Source of the DNA: Asterionella formosa
Lineage: Eukaryota
Assembly (NCBI GenBank): GCA_002256025.1
Contig: NKIB01015409.1
Coordinates: 1 to 36,130, forward strand
Direction: 5' to 3'
DNA: 36,130 bases
This document shows positions 1-10,811 of this stretch, in pieces (position 1 is the first letter of the stretch; each line of letters begins with the position of its first letter). The position numbers and the translations under genes are program-made. The notes under the pieces are model-generated. The model made no database searches and was not told the DNA's origin. It saw only the letters and a list, made by a program, of their open reading frames with translations.

Positions 1-1603
1 TACGTTGAGAGCTCCTCCACTTTTTGCAACAAACGTGACATGATAAACCAAAATTGTACACTGATTGTGTTCTCCTCAAGGGGACGACTGAAACAGCTGT
101 ACGATCAGTAATTTCCTAAATGAAGATGCCTTCTGGAGTTTTATCAACTTTAGAAATGTGTGTCTACCGCTATGCAAGTGAGGTCCAGGTATATTTTTCC
201 CTCAGTCATCGGCCTAACTTACGATACAATTATGGTACTGGAAGTTTAGCTAGCTAGCAAGCAACAGAGATCTCTCCAATCTGGCTACCGGTAGTTGCAT
301 TGTGGAGGAGCAGACTTATATGAGTTGATTTTCATTTGTTGTATTATATGAGATCTTTAGGTCGAATATCAAAGGCGATTAGTATGAAAAAATGTTTTGC
401 ACACAGAGGGAAGCCGTATTAAAATTTCAAAAAGTCCTATTTTATAAGCAATTCTATCCCCTCCCAAATTCCTTGACATCGAGGTCGGTTTGGTTCTCTT
501 TGTCAGTTCATAAATTATCCATTTATCTAAAGTAGTTTCTAAGACGGATGGGTGGGTTTCTTTCTCTATCTAGCAGTTCCATGAATTCCAGAACGCCCCA
601 GGTTTTAGTCTAGATATAAGGAGGAAAATTGGACAACCTCCCCAAAAGGCAGCTTAGCTATATATTGAATATTACATCTAGTACATTAAACAATCGCCTC
701 ATTGTTGAGAACTATCCTCGTGCATTTGTTATTGGTACCTGGTACCTCTCGCAGCACGGTAAATCAATGTACCGGGTATAGGTTTATATTTATGTATGTA
801 TAAGCGAACGCACAAAAATTATTGTCTACCTACCACGAATACCGGCGGTACCTACGTTGGAGTAGACTTTTGTTAGGGTGAGCACACATACCGGTATACC
901 CATCCCTGCAGTCTACCTGCGGACCAGCTGACAAACGGTGTGTGCCGGCATGTAAATGTATAATATACATGACGTGATACCGGTAGTCTATCCCATTCAC
1001 ATTTTCTACCTGATACTCTGTACGAGCAAATCTGGGGGGACAGTACACCATGCTGCACAATACGGCTGAGCTATGTGCATATTTGACCAAAGTCATTTAT
1101 TTTGTCAGGAAAACAGATGCATGGCATAAATACTGGTAAACCGAGAGACGATGACATCTCCAGAGAACTCCTAACAAATTGCTGCATTGGAATAATAAGT
1201 ACGGAAGAGTCGGGGGGGGAGGGGGGCGGCAGAATGCAGAGAGAGAATTCTTGATCGCGTCGAATACAGGCAGCCCATTGCGAAGCATTTTGTAAGAGGT
1301 CTGTAGAATTGTACACAGCAACCATTCTTGGTTTCGAGAATCCCGGAAGAATCAGAAAGGCATTTATTTTGGATGACCCGGCAGAAGCTGCCCCATCAGA
1401 GACCGGGAATGAAGAACATCAGTGATGCCACTTCAAGCAAATCTTGATACTAAGATTGGAGATTTCACTCACAATTTTTAAGGCTTCGCTTTTTCGAGGG
1501 GATTGAACAATAAACGCCGACTAGTACAGTAGAGGGTGTATAGTGTACATGTAAAGAATATATTGTGTGATTTTTCACTCGACCTTTTCACAAGAACATA
1601 AAC

Positions 1604-2962
1604 ATGATGACATTGACAATGAGCTCTAATGATAAGATAGTAAATGATTGTCTTCCTCCTTCGATAGCTGAGGTCACTTCGCGACGAATAGACTCGGCGG
1701 TCGGAAAGTTCTTGCAATCATCAAGATTCTTGAATACTAATGCTTGCAAGGCTCTTCCGCAGTTTCACCGTACTGAACTTGTATTCGGAAAGCTCTTGGG
1801 CAAGGGAGGGTTTTCGCAAGCATTTGAAATAACAACGTTTTGTCCTAATGGTGAAAACACCGGACACCTTAGTTCTGAGCAACAAGTTGCCCGTGACAAG
1901 CTCATTGTCGAGGCGCAAAGGAAGACCAAGGGTAAGAGCACTTTTGCGGTCAAGCATATACAATCAAAGTTTTTGAACGATCCAAGTAAATTCAAGGATG
2001 CTGCGGTTGATTTGGTAGTGGAGGCAAATTTCCTTGCTTCGATAAATCATCCTAACATCCTATCGATCAAGGGCTGGGCAATTGGAGGAGCCTGGGCATA
2101 TAGCAGTGGCAAATTTGATGATTTCTTCATTATCATGGACAGGATGGAAGAGACTCTAGATCATCGGATCAAAAACTGGGAGCAACAATTAAAGCGATAC
2201 AAGCAACCAAGTCTAGAAAAGCTTGCCAAAAATGGTCAAATTCAAGCGCTACTATTTGCGGGTCGTCTAAAGATCGCCGGAGATATTGCTGGCGCACTGT
2301 CATACCTTCACCGAAACGGAATCATATACCGAGACTTAAAGCCTTCCAATATTGGATTTGACGGTGATGGAAATGTTAAACTTTTTGATTTTGGACTCAG
2401 TCGCGAAATGCCAGGGGATGCTAAAGACATGGGCGATGTTTATAAAATGTCAGGACGGGTTGGGACAGTTCGCTATATGTGTCCTGAGGTCTGTAAGGGA
2501 GAATCATATAATCAAAAAGCCGACTGCTATTCACTATCTATGGTTATTTGGGAAATTTTTGCCCTCGAAAAACCTTTCAAGACTTTCACAAAAGGCATGC
2601 ACAAACGTTTTGTTGTTGAGAATGGTGATAGACCCCCTTTGAATCCAAGTTGGCCCTATGGTGTCCAAGCATTGCTTCTCTGTGCTTGGTCGTCAAATAT
2701 CAACTTCCGTCCAACCATGGAGCAATTCCATGCAAACTTGATTCAACAGCTTTCTGAACTTCAAATGTCTTCGGAGGCAGATGTGGAGCTCAATGTGCCG
2801 CTGAAGACTTGCGTATCCAAAGGCAAATACGAACCCCCGAGTAGATTTAAGTCCAATGCCATGATCTCTGCGCGTTCAGTTGACACAGCTGAAACTTTCA
2901 TGGCATTCTCGGGCAGTGATCGATCGCTACATTCAGTCGGTGTAGATGTTGACTTGCTGTAA
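1604..2962 (+). CDS. Ser/Thr protein kinase (TKL-like, of the type expanded in diatoms), apparently intronless
   Basis: The 452-aa ORF has a complete ePK motif set: LGKGGFSQAF (Gly loop), FAVKH (VAIK Lys), E of VVEANFL, HPNIL, YRDLKPSN, DFGLSRE, GTVRYMCPE, KADCYS and a subdomain XI RP. Confidence 0.93.
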   Translation: MMTLTMSSNDKIVNDCLPPSIAEVTSRRIDSAVGKFLQSSRFLNTNACKALPQFHRTELVFGKLLGKGGFSQAFEITTFCPNGENTGHLSSEQQVARDKLIVEAQRKTKGKSTFAVKHIQSKFLNDPSKFKDAAVDLVVEANFLASINHPNILSIKGWAIGGAWAYSSGKFDDFFIIMDRMEETLDHRIKNWEQQLKRYKQPSLEKLAKNGQIQALLFAGRLKIAGDIAGALSYLHRNGIIYRDLKPSNIGFDGDGNVKLFDFGLSREMPGDAKDMGDVYKMSGRVGTVRYMCPEVCKGESYNQKADCYSLSMVIWEIFALEKPFKTFTKGMHKRFVVENGDRPPLNPSWPYGVQALLLCAWSSNINFRPTMEQFHANLIQQLSELQMSSEADVELNVPLKTCVSKGKYEPPSRFKSNAMISARSVDTAETFMAFSGSDRSLHSVGVDVDLL

Positions 2963-3421
2963 CAATTTGTAAAGTTAAGTAGAAATGCGACTGCCTGTGT
3001 ACACTTTTTCCGAATTAATAGACGTTAAAATACAAATCTCTTACTACTGGAGCTGTGTCTAGGATTCTCGTCCAATAGTGTCGCTGGGATGTAACACTGC
3101 TCCTCATAATAATATGGAATGATAATTTGTGATGGCAAGATATCTGATTGGTGTTTAGCGAAGAAGTTGTATTGCCATTGCTACCATCCCGCAATTGTCA
3201 AGTTCTAGCTGATTGACCCTACAACTACTTTGAAGTAGTCAAAGTACTTCTACTGGACAAGTACCTCGTTTATTTAGAATATTGTCAAGTCTCTCAACTT
3301 AATATGTAAAAGTCTGATCCGATGTGAATGAAACAACAGCATTTTTGAACTGGTAAAATGTACAAATTGTTGTGACCCAGTGGGTAAAGTCACAGAATGT
3401 GTGTGAAACAACAGCACTTGT

Positions 3422-4354
3422 TTACTGGGAATATGTAAAGGTCATCCCCTCACTTGTGACCGTTCGACTTGCCGCTTCCTCATCTGCCAACAACGCGGGG
3501 CAAGTAGTCCCTGTTGAATTTCGTTCACAAAAAAGTTGACGGCAACAAGGACACATCTGATCTTGTTTCTTCGTTAACCATGTCGTGATGCATTCCGTAT
3601 GAAATGCGTGTTGGCAAGCAATCTGCGAAGAGTGAGTGACGGAGTCGCCTTCCTCGTAGGGACACAAGCAAATCGCGCAAGCGGCAGGAACTTTCCTTGC
3701 CCCGTTGATTGCTCCGGCATCGAGCTGTAAATATACGAGATCCGTTTCGACGTCTTTTTCAAGGTCAACGTCGTGATCTGCAGTTGCTGGATCCGTTGGT
3801 CCCCCGGCAATGCCATGTTTGTTGTTATACAACTTGTTTCCAAGCTCTATATCGATCAGGTCCTTTAATGACACTGTCTAAAAATGGAAGAAGCCAATGC
3901 GTAACATCAATAAGTAAACAGACTCTGAGACAAGTATGTCCCGTTGAAAGGACGAAAGCATGTTCGCGCATGCGGGACGTACCATGGTTGTTCCCTTTAA
4001 ATGCTCGACTAAATTCTGGACTCGTTCCTTTCTTGCCTCGTCCGTCTCAACTATCTCTCTATTTGCCTGCGATCCTGCCGATAAGGGTCCCTGTGCAGCC
4101 ATTCTTTCTAGATATTCTTGCCGGTTCCTCTGACTTGCAATGCGTTGACGGCGACGATAGGCGCACGCCGTAGGGACAACACAACAAAGAACCAAAAAGA
4201 TGTACCATGCAAGGAACGCAATAAAATTGTACACACTAGGATCCCCTGAACTTGATCCTGAATAATAGTTCGTTGGTGTTGTGGAATTGTTCTGCAACTC
4301 TCTCAGAAAAGGAAGAATCATCGATGCGACATCAGTGTTCGAGTCAAGAGTCAT
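3422..4354 (-). CDS. Membrane-anchored RING-H2 E3 ubiquitin ligase (ATL/RNF-like); exons 4354-3983 and 3877-3422, ~275 aa
   Basis: Exon 1 has a hydrophobic TM segment (FIAFLAWYIFLVLCCVVPTACAY) followed by RRRQR. Exon 2 has CAICLCPYEEGD...CQHAFHTECITTWL...CPCCR (C3H2C3). A phase-0, 105-bp intron at 3982-3878 (GTACGT...TTTTTAG on the minus strand) joins the two ORFs in frame. Confidence 0.88.
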
Positions 4355-4985
4355 GATGATGGAAATTAATAGTCGGAATAATAAGATCGGGATAGCACGA
4401 CGTCAAAGTGATGGATATTACAACGTCAAGAAAGCAAATGTCGTTGCCAGAAATCGGGAGAGCGTGAGGTGGACTTTTTGCGGAAGGTATTGCAGTCTGC
4501 TGATGGGGTCAGATGGCTTCGTTAAATTTTGATCGTGGGTTTGGCGAATCTGTTCATGGAACACATCATCCATGGATGCGACCTCTATCATGAATCCATC
4601 GAAGAATGTGTTCTAATATTATTATATACAACGTTGCCATTCGCATGCCATGCGCATGGCAATACATGGAATACCGTGCGTATGATATGCACAGCTGGTT
4701 ATTGCTTAAATAAACTGCGGACCAGCTGGTTAAAAGCAAGGCAGGCTAAATATCTGTAGATTTTACACAGCTCCAGTATATTCAAGTACAGCAGTACAAA
4801 AAATACAGAAGGTAGTAAGTAATATCTGAACAGCCATACCAAAAGTATGCTGTCGTGCCAACGGTACATACCGGGTAGTGTCATATCCGACAGGTACCGG
4901 TACCGGGTACTCTACATAGGTATAGACTTTTGTCGATAAAGCCGTTACTCATGATCGTTCACTTCCCATTCAAGCAACGCTGAGA

Positions 4986-6153
4986 ATGCATGTCGTTGGA
5001 CGGCGCTGGTCATCTAGTCTCGGTACACAAGCGCTTGTCTCGTGCAATGTCTATGTTTCTGCAGGACGACGTCGGAATGGAGATCTTTTGTTGAACTTGA
5101 TGGGGGATGCTCAAGTACGTTTAAATTGTGGAGCAATTACAGTACCGGTGCAAGGCCGCAGTCGTTGGTTGTTTGAATGATTGTTTATGGTGTGAAGACT
5201 CACTCCATTTATGGATCCAACACTTTTGGTCAAAGAAAAAATGTTCCCAGCTTAGGTCTATTTCAGATGAAAAAATTGCTCTTGTGCACGCGTTTGCTGA
5301 CGGACCGTACGATCGATCGTCGTTTCATTTAGCAGGACGACCACATCTTGTGGCGACTGTTGCGACGATGATAGCGGAGGGTGCCATAAATGGGCTTTTA
5401 CTCCTCCGTCAAGATAGGACCGTCGACGAGGAATCGAGGCATCCTTTTGTTGGATTGGTGGATCATATTGCTGTCATGCCACTGGTATATGAGGTTGGGG
5501 ATTGTACAGGAACAACTCATCATCGTCAAGGAATAACGCCAAATGGACAAGCTGCAGAATATATTGGTAAACAACTCATGAAAACTGGATTACAAGTACA
5601 TTTCTATGGAAATGCTAATCCAGATGGAACTCCACTCGCCGATGTGAGGCGAGATCAGACTAATTTCTTCCGTTCAGGTGGGTTGGAATCCACGACAGAG
5701 GCGTCGTCGGGCGAGACAAACCCCATCGGGGTTGCCACCATTGGTGCTCCGTCAACATTTGTAGAAAATTTCAACATTCGTCTCACTCCTAATTGCACTA
5801 GGACCATGGCTCGATCGCTAACCAGGGCATTGCGTGAACGAGATGGTGGACTAGTGGGAGTCGAAGGCTTGACCCTGCCGTACAGCAATCATCGATATGA
5901 AATCGCGTGTAACATGTTACAACCGGAGGTTGGATCTGCGGAAGCTATGATGGATGTGGTTCAAACATGGGCTCTCCAGCAGTTGCAATCCTCATCATGT
6001 TTCACTAGTGTGGACGAGTTAGTTGAAGTTGGGTATCGCGTTGGAACTACTGCAGAGCAATGCTTGCAGGTGCTATCCTTGTCGGAAGAAGAACTCAAAG
6101 TTCACGACAGTGAGGTTTGCACGCGTCTAAAAGGGTTTCTAGGTCTACTGTAG
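4986..6153 (+). CDS. Glutamate formiminotransferase-like protein (FTCD formiminotransferase domain only); exons 4986-5114 and ~5236-6153
   Basis: Exon 1 has LVSCNVYVSAGR. Exon 2 has HAFADGPYDRSSFHLAG, HPFVGLVDHIAVMPL, LADVRR, GVATIGA..FVENFNI and EIACNML, matching plant/prokaryote-type formiminotransferases. The donor GTACGT is at 5115 (phase 0), with in-frame acceptors at 5235 (AAG) or 5250 (CAG) and a CTCAC branch-like motif near 5200. The exact acceptor is uncertain. Confidence 0.82.
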
Positions 6154-6161
6154 CATAATTA

Positions 6162-7130
6162 TTATTCTGGTCGTTCATCGTTGTTGTTGCTGGAATGTTT
6201 TTTGTGCTCATTCACCAAACGGCAAATCTCGTGATATACCCACTTACCAACAACGTTGTCATGACTTCCAGGGCCTCGGCTCAAATAGTGCGCCAGCATC
6301 GCATGTAGGCACTTCACTCCCTTTGGATTTCGAATCCCAGCCACTCCACGTTCGGCTCCGACTGAGGCTTCCCACTTGCGTTCCTCTAACAATTTCACAT
6401 CGGAATCGATCAATAGTTTCCATCGTTCCTCACCGTAGGCCTTGTGAGCCCGTTCCATAGATTCTCTGGATTCCTGGTCGTTTTGCAACCGTCGTTCCAT
6501 GATTGTTGCATTGTGTGTGTCCCCAAGCTCGAGCTTGGATGTCATTGTCCGAAGAATGGGATGAGTCAACCAATACAAGGTAGGAAAAGGTTCCAATAGT
6601 AAAAGATCTTTGTCATAATTTTCTTGTTTGTGGCCATTGGGGGCGATGATTCTGTTAGTGTCAGAATCGGTTCTGCCCCTCTTTCGGCCCTTAAACTTTC
6701 TACCGTCACTTTTTCCTCCAGCATACACATCCCGAAGGGCAAGCGGATAAAGTTTCAGAATAATGGGGACATTTCCTTTAATGGGAAGATCTGGCACTTG
6801 GTCGGAACGGGCTGCCACACTAATCGCATTTCCAGGAAGGTACCCCAGTTGACCCACCAAGGCGGCTTCATCCGTCGAGTTCCATCCTTCTGATCGATTT
6901 TCCAAGACTCCCGGTAAGATTTTATCTCGGTCGGTGGGAACAGGTACCGCTGTCTCTAGTATGGACAACACATGGCTGGGTTCTTCTCCTTTCCACATTT
7001 GTTCTTCGGCTTCGTGTATGGCCCTCAGTTTGGCTTTACGGCGTCGGCCAGAACGACCAACTTGCTTGCGCTTGTTCGTTTCCGCAGATTCGCCGCTCTC
7101 CATTTCTCCCTTGGCTTCCAGGGGTCCCAT
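6162..7130 (-). CDS. DUF501-family protein (Rv1025-like) with a basic N-terminal extension
   Basis: The 322-aa ORF has QLGYLPGN, EPFPTLYWLTHP, SKLE, HKAYGEER, GVAGI, VKCLHAMLAHYL and NVVG, the motif order of DUF501. Confidence 0.85.
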   Translation of the reverse strand: MGPLEAKGEMESGESAETNKRKQVGRSGRRRKAKLRAIHEAEEQMWKGEEPSHVLSILETAVPVPTDRDKILPGVLENRSEGWNSTDEAALVGQLGYLPGNAISVAARSDQVPDLPIKGNVPIILKLYPLALRDVYAGGKSDGRKFKGRKRGRTDSDTNRIIAPNGHKQENYDKDLLLLEPFPTLYWLTHPILRTMTSKLELGDTHNATIMERRLQNDQESRESMERAHKAYGEERWKLLIDSDVKLLEERKWEASVGAERGVAGIRNPKGVKCLHAMLAHYLSRGPGSHDNVVGKWVYHEICRLVNEHKKHSSNNNDERPE

Positions 7131-7492
7131 CCTGTGCTGTTTGCCCTATCAGTGGAGATTTTGGGCAATTCGAAAACTGTGAGGCAATAAGGCGATCAGA
7201 GAACCTGTTTCGCTGCTACGACGATGCGAGAATTTGTTGGTGTAAACACGCGCATACGAAACAAACAATCAACCATCAGGTCCGGAGAAATGGAGTATCG
7301 CATGATGTTCAAATCCGTAGGTCTCCTAAAATTCCAAGATACTACCGGTATATCATACCCCTAGCTATGTATGTATACATGTATTTCGAGCTAATGATGA
7401 TATGATGAATGGCTGAAAAACTCCACTGGTACTGTATGTACAAGGTACCAGGAACCAGGCCCAGGGTACCTGGTACCATCGCTGCCTATTAT

Positions 7493-7525
7493 TACCAGGC
7501 AAGTTGCGGTAATTTTGCTGAAACT
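7493..7525 (+). mobile_element. Solo terminal fragment of the MITE family seen at 15075-15190
   Basis: TA|CCAGGCAAGTTGCGGTAATTTTGCTGAAACT matches 15075-15107 at 32 of 33 positions. No partner TIR was seen downstream. Confidence 0.7.
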
Positions 7526-7760
7526 TTAAAAAGGCAAAGCATGAATGTGTATGAGAGGATAATTAATGTAGAATAACAGTTAATGAAGTATTTTCAGAGT
7601 ATATCAACAATGTCAATGCACATCTTGTGCATGAGATTAGTTACAATTTCTTTCTTGCATGTATTCGCGAAAAGAAAGATTGCAAATAACATTAGGTCAA
7701 TCGGGTCTGTATTCGCAGAAGCAAAGGTGAGGTCATAGCTGCTATTAGAGTTGTACAAGC

Positions 7761-8444
7761 TCAATGGGATGTTTGCATGCAGCGTGCCGACATGACAAGG
7801 AAGAACTGTCTTTGGAGGTTACAATGTTGAATATAGTGAATGGGATGAATGAGTTCACCAGTTACAGCTTGGATCATGTCCTTGTCTTCGGCAACCTGAC
7901 GCCAGTCCCAGTTTTCAGCAGCAAACTCATAGGAATTCCGGCTCGCGTTTCTCTGGATCTCTGTGCGGTCCGACCACAACTGTTTGCGGATACGTGTAGA
8001 ATACTCATTTCGCATAGGGATCTGGTGCACAATGACTGAGTGATCAAATGAGACACCCCGAGTCTTTCTTGGGGTCGAAACCAAGAAACTGCGAGTAATC
8101 GGGGCCGACTTGCTGAGCGGCATGGGAGATGACGAGATATCTTCGTCCTTCTCCCCGTAGTCCTTCTTGAGGGGTTCAGAGAGAGCAACTGGGGCAGGTC
8201 GGTAATTCGGTCTAATGAGCGAAGGGATAGATTGACTAACTGACAAAGCTGGCAATCTGATCCCGAGTTGCTGAAGGTACCGGCTTCGGATATTCGTTCT
8301 GTTAGATACCGGCAATACTCGAGGAAGCAAATATGATTTGACAGCCTTCGAATGTTGGGAAGATAGAAGATCATGTTCCATCGGACTTTTCTGATCCTTA
8401 CTATTGCTCTTGATCTCAGGTCTTGGCATTGGAGTCACTTTCAT
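7761..8444 (-). CDS. Hypothetical protein of a diatom-type family; likely start MKVTP at 8444, alternative ATG at 8501
   Basis: The long ORF has RSRYLQQLGI, a Ser/Pro-rich linker and an ordered-looking C-terminal block (VSFDHSVIVHQIPMRNEYSTRIRKQLWS...RNSYEFAAENWDWRQV...GELIHPIH). The family assignment is from recollection and no function is known to me. Confidence 0.7.
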   Translation of the reverse strand: MKVTPMPRPEIKSNSKDQKSPMEHDLLSSQHSKAVKSYLLPRVLPVSNRTNIRSRYLQQLGIRLPALSVSQSIPSLIRPNYRPAPVALSEPLKKDYGEKDEDISSSPMPLSKSAPITRSFLVSTPRKTRGVSFDHSVIVHQIPMRNEYSTRIRKQLWSDRTEIQRNASRNSYEFAAENWDWRQVAEDKDMIQAVTGELIHPIHYIQHCNLQRQFFLVMSARCMQTSH

Positions 8445-10811
8445 GTTTTTGTATGCTGAGATCTTTGGAGAGTATTGTAGAAGTGGTATTTGTTGACACA
8501 TGAGATATTATATTCTTGGGAACTGAAGCGTATTGGTGAGAAGGGAATACTTTCGCCGCAGTCTCCGGAAACAAGAATGAAAAAAGATTTCTGTGAGAAC
8601 ACCTTGATCCGAGTTGCTTTTTTTATGGAACAAAAAATCCGCTGGCACTTTGTGGCGATGCAGGCATTGATTATTTTACTGGTACAAGAAGCAAAGTACC
8701 ATACCCCGCCCGGTATGACCCAAATCGAACAACGAATTAAAAAAGACATGTACACACGACATGCAAACTGCCGTTTGAGAATCGGTGTCAATGAATTCTT
8801 GTGCGCATCATCAGCTATAATGCGTCAAAAAAAGGTCGTGAAGATTTCGAATGATGTTAGTCGTACATACATATTTCGTACTCCAGTTTCACATACCGGT
8901 AAATACAAATACTTATTCATTTCCACTTTTCCTTTTCTATGTAGTAAATAGTTAGTACTGTATGGTTGTTTTACCTTTATGTCAAGAATATAGTAACTGG
9001 TACTCTGGTGAGTACGCCCATATCAATGACTATCATGGGTCACCATGACTGTGGACTCGACTATGCTCCAATGAGTTAAACAATGAGTTCCTAGATCAAG
9101 AAGCTAGCTAATGAGACTGATTATTTACATCATTGATAGCAACAGAATAGAACTCTAGAGAATAGGATCTCAAAGTGTGATATGCAATGTCAAGGATGGT
9201 ATTGAGATTGGAGCTAAGATTGTTAATAAGCTCATGAATTAAAGTAATTAGCTAACAAACAGTGAGAATTGACAGAGAAAGGTCAAGAGTGAAAACTAGT
9301 ACTACCTTCCCATGGGAAGAAGTAAGAAGCTTTTAACTTTCCAGGTAAGATCTATCAACAACATGATCACACTTTTTTTGGCACACCTCCCTTCAACAAC
9401 CCAAGCAATCCCATTCAACTGTGAACACTTTGCATTATAACTAGGTGACGGACACTTGCCTCATACTCGGACTCTGGTGTCACGATCGATTCGATGAAAA
9501 ACCTGAGGAGCCAGGAGCAGCTTCCAACAAAACATCTCTCTTCCTTCGATGAGCAAGCAACATTCAAATCGAGGCACTGAGGTGGTGGTGGTCCTCTGCT
9601 GGGCTGTGGAGGAACCACGACTGGTGCTGCATGCACCAGCATATCAAATATGGTTAGTAAAATTTTGTCAAGTCTTCTTATTTTTGCTGGTGGGCACCAG
9701 CTGTTATAAGTTTCATGCTTTGATTTCTTAGCGGCGCGCTGTCAAGTCTAGAAATATCTGTCAGCCGGTCCTGAGCATGAATAAGACTTCCAGAAAAATT
9801 ACCACATGTTGCTAGAATCTTGTATATACATACCGGTATACTAGGAAAAAGATATGTCTGCATACTCTGCAATGGCGCTGGTACCAGGTACTCCCTCTTG
9901 TCGAAAACGCTTGTGACGCTTCTTATTTGGTTTCCTGCAAATATTTTAGTAGCCCGCTAATTTAAATCAGCATTTGGCGACATGTACATTTATACTCAAA
10001 TTCTGGTTCCCTTTTCACGATTGTTGTTGCCACTACTAAAACATGTACATATTACCAATTGCTGTTTACATCAGCCAGCAACTCAAAAATTTGTGGGGAC
10101 AGTGATGCAATCATGTTACCATCTTATTTATACTAGGATAGCCTGAGCACACAGTTCCCTGCAGCTTATTTTTGTCTTCATACATCAACCCTTGCTCCCA
10201 ACTATTTAATGGTACAGAAAGAAAGAAAAAACAAGCCTACAATCCATTTCATCTTCCCCATACATTGTCTCAAACCATAATCCATCATAAGATGATATTC
10301 TTTTTGTGTTTGATCCTTCATCGCATTCTTGTTGAGAAGAGGTTGTGGCAAAGAAAAGATCCTCATGCATCTCCATTTTGCTAGAGATGGCCAAAAGCAA
10401 TATTTGGAAATGCACAAAAAGTTTTTTCAAATGAAGTCAGAGTAGTTGCTATTTTTAAACTTTCTATATATTTTTTGTACATGTGGATATGTAGCTTAGG
10501 GAACCGGTAAGTCTCTCAATACTATGGCAATTGAGCTGGAGAAAGTCATAACTAGCACCCTGGTATCTGTCAAGTAGTCAAAATGTCTCGAGAGAAATTC
10601 TCACATTTCTCATCACGAAAAGGGAGGACCAGGTACCAGTATGCAGACTATGTACCAATTCGCCTGGTATGTCACCTGGTACATGTGCAAAGTATTGACC
10701 ATCACTGATGTACAGTATGATGAATTGTAAAACTGCGTACCGGTACGTCCGTAAGTTTACTACTGGTACCTGGTACATATTTGTCAGCATTTCTCACTGC
10801 ACAACGCCAAG

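Noticed and set aside
8490..10790. Short ORFs between the hypothetical gene and SF3B3
   Set aside because: They have no recognisable domains or consistent splice structure, and are treated as intergenic or decayed sequence.
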